Shown piece after piece: positions 53,750 through 64,000 of a DNA stretch of 64,000 nt; the first letter of the stretch is position 1, and every line of letters begins with the position of its first letter. The notes under the pieces are model-generated. The model ran no database searches, was not told the DNA's origin, and saw only the letters and a program-made list of their open reading frames with translations. The position numbers were made by a program, and so were the translations under genes. Source of the stretch: Lama glama (taxonomy: Eukaryota); assembly GCA_028534125.1 (NCBI GenBank), contig CM052816.1, positions 16,184,001-16,248,000 of the forward strand, written 5' to 3'.

Positions 53750-54720
53750 TACCTAGGCCTAAAAACGAATCTAAAAATGGCCTGTCGCTTTTCGGGGCTG
53801 GGGTTGAAGGGGACTGACAGAACTCCTCTTGAACACGTGTTCCTCGCAAACCTTCCCCAAGTCCCTGGTCCCGGCGCCTGGGAAGCGAGGCTCTCCGAGA
53901 CCGGCTCTAGGTGACTCTTCAGGGACAACAGGGATGGCAGAAAACAGGGGGCGGCTCTAGGGGTATGATCCCCCAGCATCTCTTCAAGATGCCCTGCAAA
54001 ACTGGGGTCACGATGGAACGAACTCCAGTTTCGTCCTGTGCCTCGGAACACGCTTCCTCACAGCTGCTTCTCGCCCCTGGCTCGTAAACCTCCAAGACCT
54101 CTCCCCACTTGGCCCTTACTCACCCACACGTGTCCGGAGCTCGGCGGGGACACTGCAGCTCAGATCGAGGCCGCAGGGGAAAGGGCAGCCGGGAGCCGAG
54201 GGGAGCTCCTCCCCGGGGCGGCTACTGGGCGGGCCGTCAGTGGGCGGGGCTCATAAACCCCGCCCAGGAAAGGCCGGTTTAGAAAAGCGCGAAAGCTGCG
54301 GCTGAGGTGAGCAAACTCTTTGTAGGAGCTAGACCCCGGAAGATAAAGGGTGGGAATTTGAACAAGGTCTACGTTTCTTTGACACCCTTCCTATTTGTTA
54401 CCTACGCCTGGAAAGGGCGCTGGTTTGGAGCTGCTGAAGAGAAAACCTGAGGTGTCCTGGAGGAACGTCACACGGAGCGCTGCTCGTTCCTGTCACACGT
54501 GTGGCGCCTTTCAGTTCCTGTAAGCTCAGCCCACGGTTTTTCCACCTCCCACACAGGTTCTCTTTCTGGCTTTCTTCAGAAGCTCTGTCATCCAGCCAAT
54601 GGATCGCCCACACAGGTCACCTCGGTTTTCAGGATCTCTCCAGGAGGTTTTCGGGTAGATTATGCCTGTCACAGCCTAATCTGCGGGACCACATCCGTGG
54701 GGCCCTGCAGTGGAATCCTT
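53750..54720 (-). promoter_or_regulatory. SNHG4: GC-rich promoter and first exon of the SNHG4-like snoRNA host / distal MATR3 promoter
   Basis: CpG-enriched, GC boxes (GGGCGGGGC ~54242, CCCCGCCC ~54258), ETS CCGGAAG ~54335, minus-strand donor TGG|GTGAGT at 54124/54123. Lies just upstream of two SNORA74-type RNAs; symbol by synteny. Confidence 0.72.
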
Positions 54721-56602
54721 AGCTGAACTGCAGGAGCTAAAGAATACTGGCTTTCTCTGCCAGACTTGCCTTTCACTGTGGCACAGCCAAATAAGCCACA
54801 TCCTTGGTCTGCACAGATTGCCTGCCCTTCAGGTTATCAGCATTTCTTTTGAACACTAAACCTTCCCACACTAATTGGAGTCAATACGATTCTGTCCTGC
54901 TGAACAGTTGATGAAGCTGAGGCCCAGAGGGGCAAGGCCCAGCAGCACTAATTCCTAAATCCATTCTGTAATTCTCCAAAGTCTGTACCCACTTCGTTCC
55001 TCCTCCCCTCCCTCCAGCCTACCGGCTCTGCTGATCTTTTGCTCCTGGCATCTTTGTCTGGGGAGCCCCTGGGAATCAGCCAATGCCCTTGTCATCATGC
55101 TATTTCCTCAGCTATTTTGTAATGGAAAATACGTGCTTCCTGTGCACCCCAACACTCGCAGACCTCCACTGAGAAAGCCCAAAGTCCTACATTGATTCCA
55201 GCAAGAGACCCTAGGCTTTAAGGCCAGAGAGCCTCAAAAGTGGCAAGCACAAATCCTTCCCAGTCTTCATGAAGTTGGACATGGGCTCTGGTAGGAAAAA
55301 GGCTTACATAAATACAGTAATTAAAAATGTCACATGATCAATGCTGGGCTGGTAGGCAGGAGCTCTGCTTTGCAGTTAAATAGGAATGTGGCTGAAGACT
55401 GCTGCCATCATCAATGCCCACATCCAGCTGTCACTGTGTGTTCATAAAGGAGGGTTATGAGAGCTATAAAACTGGGCAGATTAGGTGGGTAATTGTCCTG
55501 CAGAGCTCTGCTAAAGGAGAAATTGCATTGGCATCTCATATATTTTGCTTTCTTTCCTTCCAAACACACAAAATGGAGAAGGCAGTGCTACTCTGAGGAT
55601 TCATGAAAAGGAAGGATGAAGTTTGAATGTGTGCTTTCAGAGAAGAGATAGGAAGTAATTGAGAGATACTAGGGCCTTTGGTGAGAGAGGGGCCAAATGA
55701 CCTGGAGAGAACTGGATTCACAGATCCTTCCAGGGAGAAGGCAGGATTTGTGTGGAGGGAAGGCCAGCCATTATAAATAAAGCTGAGAGGTGGGCCATGT
55801 TCTCATGTCATATTGGAAGTGTGGTCAACTTTTATAGGTATAGGCCATTCAGTGTCCTTTGGAGGAAAACCAATATTATGATTTCTTCATTTCCTTGTTA
55901 AAAAATCCTTTAGAGTCAACTTTCTTAATCTCCATCTTTTAAATTCTGAATTATTTTGGTGATTTGACTTATGTGGTCTTTTACTTACAACATCAACCAC
56001 TTTTCTACCTTTTTGTTTCTTAATACTTGCAAAGACAAAATTATCAGGAATAATAACAAAAAAGAAAAGGGAAAATTTCTAGGAAATAAATGCAGCCAGA
56101 TGAAAGGTCCCTAAGCTTCTTGCCTGCCTTTCCCTTTCTCCTTCATCTGTCCTCTCCTTTTTGCTTCCTTACTTGAAGACTTTTGCACCTGAGACTGCTC
56201 TTTTCCTCTCCTCCCTGGACAGGAATTATCAATAGAGATATATTTAATCATTTGTTCAATTAGTCAATCAGTCAACCAACATTTACTGAACATCTACCAT
56301 TTACTAGAACCTGTTCAGGTGCTGCAGATAAACTCAGAGCAATAGAGATTCCTGCCTACCTAAAGCTTGTAGTCTAGGTGAGGAGAAAGATAAGCACTGT
56401 AGGTATTCTTGGGCATATATCAGGGGCAGCTAACTTAGCCTGGGGAGTCCTAGAGATGGCAGTATACCCTCTAGCTGATCCCAAAGGCTTACAGTAGAAG
56501 AAGGAGTTCTCTTGCATCCCTGTAATATTCTTGCTGCTGCTCTGTAATACCAAAGTTCGACTAGGGCCCTGCAGTGGTCCTTATTCCTCAAAAGCATAGT
56601 TG

Positions 56603-57265
56603 GATTGGCAAGGATATAGAGAAACTGGAATTCTCATACACTGCTGATGGGAATGTAAAATGGTGCAGCCACATTGGAAAACATTATGGCAGTTCCTCAT
56701 ACTATTATACATAGACTTACTTTATGACTCAGCAGTTCTGCTTCTAGGTATATACCCAAGAAAATGAAAATGTATGCTACATAAAAATTTGTACACAAAT
56801 ATTCATTGTAGCATTATTCATTAGAGCTAAAAATTTGAAACAACCCAAATGTTTATTAACTGACAAATAGACAAAATAAAATGTGGTATATCTATACTGT
56901 GGAATATTATTTGGCCATAAAAAGAAATGAAGTACTGATTCATGCTACAATCTAAACGAACCTTGAAAACATTACATTAAGTTAAAGAAGCGAGATCATA
57001 TATTGCTTACTTCCATTCAAATGAAAAGTCCAGGACAGAAAATCTATAAAGACAGAAAGTAAAGGAGCGGAGTGGTTGCTTAGGTCAAGGAGGGGGACAA
57101 GGGGATAGCTAAAGGTTATGGGGTTTCTTTTTGAGGTGATGAAAATGTCCTAAAATTGTGGTGTTGGTTGCACACATCTGTGACTATAATAAAAGCCACT
57201 AATCGTAAAGTAAATTGTACTTTAAATGGGTAGATTGTATAGTATGTGAATTATATCTCAATAAA
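56603..57265 (+). mobile_element. Old L1 (L1M-type) 3' fragment
   Basis: ctgctgatgggaatgtaaaatggtgcagcc...gtatgtgaattatatctcaataaa. Confidence 0.88.
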
Positions 57266-60200
57266 GGTGTTAAAGCAACAACAATGAAAGGCATACTTGG
57301 GGACCTTAAAGATCTGCAATACTGATTCAAATTGTGGGCTGCATGATCATTGCCAATTTTAAATTCTAGAAAGCACTTTTTATTCTTGGTCTTGTGACCT
57401 TTCAGAGTTCCTTCCTCAGTATACAGAGAAACAATGCATTTTGGTGGGCAGCACAAAAAGATGCAGAGAGATAGACTGTACATTCTCATACTTCTCTCTA
57501 ACTTGACTCCCTCATAATGATTTGGTTCAACATTTATGTATACCTACTTTGTAGAAGGTATATGGACCTGAAAGAGCTAGAGTCTCTTTATTCTTTCCAA
57601 TGCTTGAAATTAAATTATTAATATAATGCCCTCTGTATAACAGATGAAGTTCTTTAAAAGGTAGTCAATGTGGTACAAGGAATAATTGCAAGGCATTCTG
57701 GTATTCTGGACTCTTTCTATAGCATGCAGGGAAACATGGTCACATCACCTAGAGCAAGACTAATTTTCAGTTCTTATTGATGTTGAGCAAGTTCCAAGAC
57801 TTGGCTTCCTTCTCACATGCCTCCAATCACCCCTTCATTTGGTTTCTAGACTCAATTAGTTAGTCTATTTTCATACCCCTCATTTTCTCACCAACCCCTC
57901 CCCCACAGTGTCCAAATTGGCCCTCCAATACTGAAACCATTTGCCGGAAATTCATTAAGCTGAACACATGGGAAATTACAGAGGAGATTTCACTTGTCAC
58001 TTAGGCTCAAATATAGAAAGTAATTTTAAAAGGACAGTGGCAAGAGGCTATTTTTATCTTGCTTGTTTGTGCTGAGTTTTCTTATCTTGCTGTCTCTCGT
58101 TCTCTTCCTGGCTATCTCTCTCCTCTTCTTTGCTTCTTTAAAATAAATATTGGCCTTTTTAATCTTTGTTTTGGGTTCTCTAATTTTGCTTTCAAGAGTC
58201 TTTTGTCTCCCTTACAGTGGTGAATAAGACAGACATGGTCCTTACCATTATGGAGATTACAGTCTGATGAGGCAGGTGGACATCAGGTAGACTGAGTTCA
58301 GTTGTAGTCACAGGAAAGCCTTGAGGGAAGTCACCAGCACCTTTCGGATGCTAAGTTTAACCTGCAGTAAATGGGCAGGTGAAAGTAGCCAAAATTCTGG
58401 CATGTTTGTGGGGTTAAAGAATAAACTAAATATATCATAAGGAATGCAAGTAAACCAAAGACCCAGATTTCTGTGTGATATATTCAAGCCTCCAGGATAA
58501 AGAGAACATGAATTTGAGAGTCAGAGGTGGATCTGATTCTGACTCCACCACTTACATAATAGCTGTTTGACTTCAGATAAGTGACCTCGGGACCTCAGTT
58601 TCCTCACTTATAAAATGGGAATCATAATCTCCACATTTTAGGTTGTTGTGATGATTAAATGAGATAGCATATACACAAGGGACCAGACAGGTGCCCGACA
58701 TATGTTGCTTCCTTTTCTAGTACCTCATTATCCCACCTTTGAATTCCACAATTACAAAAAAAAAAAAAAAAGGTTCAGTCTCTCAGTTGGTGGGAAATGA
58801 GCTTCTTCATTTGGTATTTACCAATTATGTGTCCTGAGAAACAGGTAGTTACTATATTGGTTCCCATCAGTTGTACTACACGTGGAATTTATGACAAATT
58901 ACTCTCTTATTCTGGGGTAAAGGAAAGGCACTTTAAAAAAATAAAATTATACAAAAAGACTGAAATAAGATATAACAAAGGACTTCCTCCTCGCTATGAG
59001 GGCTAGAAATGTGAGCGAATGCCAGAGAGATCTACAGAATCTTTTTTGCTAAGAGTATCTGTTTAGAATGGGCTGGGGCAGGCCTACCTGGAGGGTGAGA
59101 ATAAACCTGCCAACCTCTACATGTCCCATTTAGCCTGGGGAATCTTTTCCAGGGGGAATTGCTGTACCTTTTCCTTTTCTAAGCCAGGCATGCTCTGGGG
59201 AGCCGATTACTGCCAAGAAGGCTTATTGCTCACAAGGAAAGGAAAAATGGCAGCTGCCTTTTCAGCCACTTAGTAAGTACACTAAATTGAGAAGCTGCTG
59301 ATTTGGTTTACCTGATGCCTCCTCCCTGATAAAGAAAAAAATCTCTTCAATCAGAGGTTCTTTGAAACTGTAAAAGGAAGCCTGAGCTCCAACTGCGGAA
59401 ATTGGCAGAGGCAACACTCAAAGGAATAAGCCGGGCTCAGCAGGCCGGCACTAGGATTCCTGGATTTCCTCCCCCGCCCCCACCCACAGGAAATTTCAGT
59501 TTGCCTTTGTTCTGCTGAGTTCCTTTCAAAGGACATTATTTTAGCTGTCCTTTTCTCCCTTTACTATCATTTTTCTTTTTCTTCCTTCTCTCCACCCTTT
59601 TATCTCCTCCTTTTCTTTTTTTCCTCCTCCCTCCTGTGAATCTTCATACCCGCTGTTAGATCTCATCGCCCACCCCACTGGGATTTCTGTTTCAAAAACT
59701 TCAGAATTCCTTCTTGATCTAAAGTAACGATATTACACTGATAACAAAGGCAATGCTGTGTATATTTAGAAAGCAAGGTTTCCCCAAGTGTAGGCAAGTA
59801 CATTGGGAGACGATCTTTCATCCAGGATTTTCAGAGCCTCTCATATGCTAATTAATTTTGAATGTCCATGAGGGGTTAGAATATTGGAATCTAAATTTCC
59901 CAAACCTCCTGATCTTTTTTTTCCCTCACAGAGCACATCCTGGGACCTGTGATCTTTGGAACACATTTCAGAAACACTTATGTGTTAGAGCTTTTTTTAA
60001 TGCTGTAACATTCATCATCACTTAATTTCTACGACCACTTTATGATAGAACAGGAAAGTTATAATAGCCTCACTTTATAGATGAGTAAAACTGAGGCTCG
60101 GAGAGGTTACGTGCCTGGCTCATAGTAACATAGCTAGCCAGCAAGCAACAAAGCTATGTCTTCTTATTTTTGCCTTATTTCCTCTGCACTGTCTTGTACT

Positions 60201-60759
60201 ACATTTAAATATAATATATATGTGACATCATAATATGACATGTGATATATGATACAGGATCTGGAAGACATAATACTATAATTGGAGAATTATGACATTC
60301 ATGTTTTCCCACTCAACTAAATATGTATTGTACATCTGTTCTGTGTTTATCACTATTCCAGGTTCTGTGGACAGAGCAGTGACCAATCATAAAGGCTAGG
60401 AATAAAAATAAAGAAAAGGATAGGCAGATGTGGGAGTTGCAGATAAAGGGTGCAGGTGGTCAAGGAAGTCTACACTGAAAAGGCTACATTTGAATTAAGA
60501 CCTTAAGGAGATAAGGGAATGACCATGCAGAGATTTAGGGTGCCTGGGAGGGGGCTCCAGCAGAGAAAAAGTAAGTTCAAAGGGCCTGAGGCAAGAGTGA
60601 GCCTAGGGTGAGGGTGAACTGGGGAGAGGGTAGGGTGGTCGGAGATGAGGTTAGAGACACTGAGAGGGTGGGGTCCAGATGTTAGATCTAATAAGGAAAT
60701 GAAGTGATGTAATGCGGATGATATGCCATGATGTAATAATAATGTACCATATGACAGGT

Positions 60760-61242
60760 CTGTTATGTTGCTACATAACAAATTACCCCCAAATTTTAAG
60801 AGTTTAAAACAGCAGAAGTTTATCTCATAGTTTCTGAGGGTTAGGAACTGGGAGCAGTTCAGCTGAGCTGACACAGTCACTCATGAGGCTGCAGTCAGGC
60901 TGCCCACTAGGACTTCAGTCATCTGAAGGCTTATCTGAGGTTGGAGGATCTGCTTCCAAGTTCAGTCATGTGGCTGTTGACAGAAGGCCTCAGTTCCTTC
61001 ATGTGACCCTCCCCATAGGGCTGTTCACTACATAGCAACTGCCTTCCCTCAGAGAGAAAGTGACCTAGGGGGAAGCTACCATATCTTTTATAATCTAATT
61101 TTGTAAGTTACATACCATTATTTCTGTTATATTCTGTTGGTCACACAGATAAACCTTGGTACTATGTGACAGAGGACTACACGTTTGTGAATATCAAGAG
61201 ATGGGGGTCATTGAGGATCCCCTCAGAGGCAGGTTACTGTAG
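60760..61242 (-). mobile_element. MLT1 (MaLR) solo LTR
   Basis: ttgctacataacaaattacccccaaa...ggaggatctgcttccaag...ctgttggtcacacaga. Confidence 0.75.
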
Positions 61243-62859
61243 CTGGTTTGAGGATGAAAACTTTCTCTAAGTAACCATTACTTCAATAAATATCAACCAG
61301 TATGTGCCAGGTATTAGCATATGGCCCCTAAAACACTGGAGCTCACAACTGTATCTGGGTTGAGTTCTGAACAGGGACAACACAGAAAGCAGGAGCTTTG
61401 GAAACCCACTGAGGATCTTCAGTTCTGGAGGAGAGTGCTTCTTTTTTCAAAGCCCCACTTCCTCTAGGCCTGACCTCGTTATTTCATTCACCCAATTAAC
61501 AAACTGTGCAATAATCCTAGTTAAACTTGTAAAGAAAAAAAAATGTTTTCAGAAAAGCTATAGAACTTCAGCAGCAGGCTAGGACCTCTCTGGGCAATTT
61601 AACCTTGAAATGACACTGGACTTTTATGAAGGGCAAAGCCAACCCACCCACCCCTCCATACCCTTAATGCACCTTCTTGTGAAGGCATCCTGCCTAATGT
61701 AAAAAGAATGATGACAGGGAAGAGAGCATTTGTTCTGTCCCTGAGGCCCAGTATTGGGTCTGTTCAGAGACAAAGACATGGCTCTCCTGAGACTCAGGCA
61801 GGTCCCCTGCCAACTCCTGCTAGGTTCTGCCTTAACTATGCAGCCGGAGTCAGACAGTTTCACAAGTTGAGCAGCAGATGGCATCGCAGCCTTAGGAGCG
61901 AGCAGCCCAGGCTGCTGACAAGAGCAGCAGAGCTATTGAGAACTCAAGACTCCAGCTTGGCATCTGGGAGCTTTCGGGGTGGGGCCCCTGACTCCCCAGC
62001 TCCCAGCTCAGGGAAGTTTCTGCTCTCTGCCTGCAGATTAGGATATGGTCAGGCTTGTACTTCAGAGAGCAGAGCTTGGAGCCCCCCGTTAGGAAACTGA
62101 TGGGTCTTTTCTATGATCTTCTCTGAGAAAGATGAAAATCAGACATAGCTATGCCCAGAGCAACTGTGTTTTTCCATCGCTGCCTATTCCTTGCTTGTGA
62201 GAGTCTGAGTGGAGTATATCCCAGTTTAGGGGCTGGCAGGTCCCTGGCAGAAGCCTGCTGGGATGGCCAGATGGGGCTAAAGAAAATTTGAGGGATCAGA
62301 GGGCTCTGGAAAGCATCTAGGGAATCCCAAAGGCTCAAAATTGAATTTTTTTCTCTCCAGTGACCCAGATGAAGAGCTATACCCCGGAGCTTCCTCCCAG
62401 CAACACACCCGCAGGGCTCAATCCTGCAGGCCTTCTATTTGTGCCTCAGTTTCCTTCCCTCTCCCTGTAATTCTGACTCCTCCTCTCCCTTCTCTGTGTT
62501 CCACTTTTTCTCTCCTTCCTTTTTCCTCTGTCACCTCTGTGCATTTATGTCTTTACCTCTGTGGATCGCTTTCTTTCTCTGCTCTAAGACAGATATCCTG
62601 GCAAAGTGCTTGTGGGCTCTGGGCTGCAACACCATTTCCTGTCTTTGGAGGCTTGGACCCTCTCCACTTGCCCCCCCCCCCGCCTTTCTGCTGCTGTTTG
62701 ATGACTAGTCCCAACGAAACCTAGACAAAGCAAGGTCCAGAGGTCACCAAGAGAATATACTCTGCTCCCTCAAAGCCTGTGTTCCTTGCTTTGTAGCTCT
62801 GAACAGGAAAGCCCTCAGGGGCTTCCCATTAGACTGAGATCCACTGAACCTCCTGTTCA

Positions 62860-63870
62860 CTAGTCACCCAAATATGCCACTAGAATGTGAACTTGAGGGC
62901 AGGGCCCTGTCTACCTTGTTCACTGCTGCTGTATCTACAGTATTTAGTACATAGTAGATAATAACTATTTTTTAAAATAATGAGAAGATGGATGAAAGGA
63001 TGAATGCTGAGCTCTGTATTAGGCACTGGAGTACAGACATTGAAGATACCATCCCAGTCCATAAAAAGAGGAACACACAGAGAAGAAATAATCCAGAATA
63101 GTAACTATGAGGATGGAGGTGGTAGAAGCAGCAGTGGGTGTCTGAGTCTGTAATGTGAAGACAGAGAAGGCTTTGTTCACTCACTACTCCAACAGTTGTT
63201 CATGTAGAGCCTACCAGTACTGGGGTCTGAGTTATAGCAGGGAATAAGGTAGGCTCCCAGTTGGGTGTGGGAAACCTATGAATAAATAAATAGTTAGTAA
63301 CAAACAGGATAAGTGCCATCCTAGGGGAAACAAAGGACACTGGGGGCAGAAATCAGAGGCAGGTTATCTAGTCTACGGTGTTCTGGAGGGCTCAGTGGTA
63401 AAGGGAGTTTGGGCTGAGACCTGCCTGAAGGGCTAGTAGAAGTCAGCTGGGGAAGGAGGAGGGGAAAGAGAGTCTTGGGATAAGGGAACATCATGTAGGG
63501 TCAAAATACAACAGGCACATTTCAAGGAACTGAGTAAATATGTCAGGAAATCTGGCTGGAGCACTAGTATGGTGGTTGGCATGCCTGAAAGACACAGTTC
63601 AAAAGAAGTGGATGGGAGTGGGGTGGAAGAGCTTAAAGCCAGGTGAAGGAGTTATGGCTTTACCTTGAGGGCAGGAGAAACCTTAAGAAGGGAGGTGATA
63701 AGATCAAGTTTGAATTTTAGAAAGATTGCTCTGGGTGCAGGGTGGGAAATGGAACTTGTAGGGCCAGAGTAGCATCCTAGAGACCAGTGAGGGACTAGTC
63801 CAGGCAAGAAATGATGACCTACATGATGATGATATCAGTGGGAATAAAGGTCATGTTGGAGTCAAGACAG
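62860..63870. mobile_element. L2 remnants
   Basis: ctagaatgtgaacttgagggcagggcc...ttgttcactgctg; tttagaaagattgctctgggtgcag. Confidence 0.6.
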
Positions 63871-64000
63871 GATAATTAAGAGTCTTCCTGGTGAAAAACT
63901 TGGGGTAGAGGGGATGCTGGCATTCCAGAGAGAGAAAATTCATGTGTAAAAATTTCAGGAACTTGGCATGTTCTGAGAAGTTTGTGTGGTTATGTAGTTT

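Larger units (their letters stand above)
46658..54290 (-). ncRNA. SNHG4: SNHG4-like non-coding host transcript; predicted exons ~54290-54124, 52907-52870, 50377-50298, 49518-?, 46824-46658
   Basis: Splice-site pairs read by eye place each snoRNA in its own intron; no long ORF. Confidence 0.5.

Noticed and set aside
61624..62724. ORF cluster of 75-130 aa
   Set aside because: No domain or coherent exon structure; low-complexity pyrimidine-rich DNA.

Overview
Mammalian genomic DNA, probably camelid (inferred from repeated Vic-1-like tRNA-derived SINEs). All recognisable genes are on the minus strand, in the order expected from the human locus. From right to left: (1) an SNHG4-like snoRNA host with a GC-rich promoter at ~54.2 kb, carrying an intact SNORA74A/U19 H/ACA snoRNA (49584-49785) and a divergent SNORA74-like paralogue (~52590-52838); (2) the proximal MATR3 CpG-island promoter (~36.5-37.9 kb); (3) the complete MATR3 CDS, 14 coding exons at 26159->11092 with all GT-AG junctions traced by eye, 2550 nt = 849 aa, plus a 48-aa alternative-acceptor extension; (4) a CpG-island promoter and first exon at ~4.4-5.3 kb, assigned to PAIP2 by synteny only. 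The rest is intron or intergenic sequence with SINE, L1, L2, MIR, MER and MLT remnants and one 500-N gap whose flanks overlap. I cannot support a wholly new biological system. The best leads are the structurally conserved but re-guided second snoRNA, and an exon-1 ATG that yields either a hydrophobic-tailed 41-aa uORF peptide or an N-truncated Matrin-3 depending on splicing. Repeat family names and comparisons with human/mouse sequences come from memory and need confirming by search.
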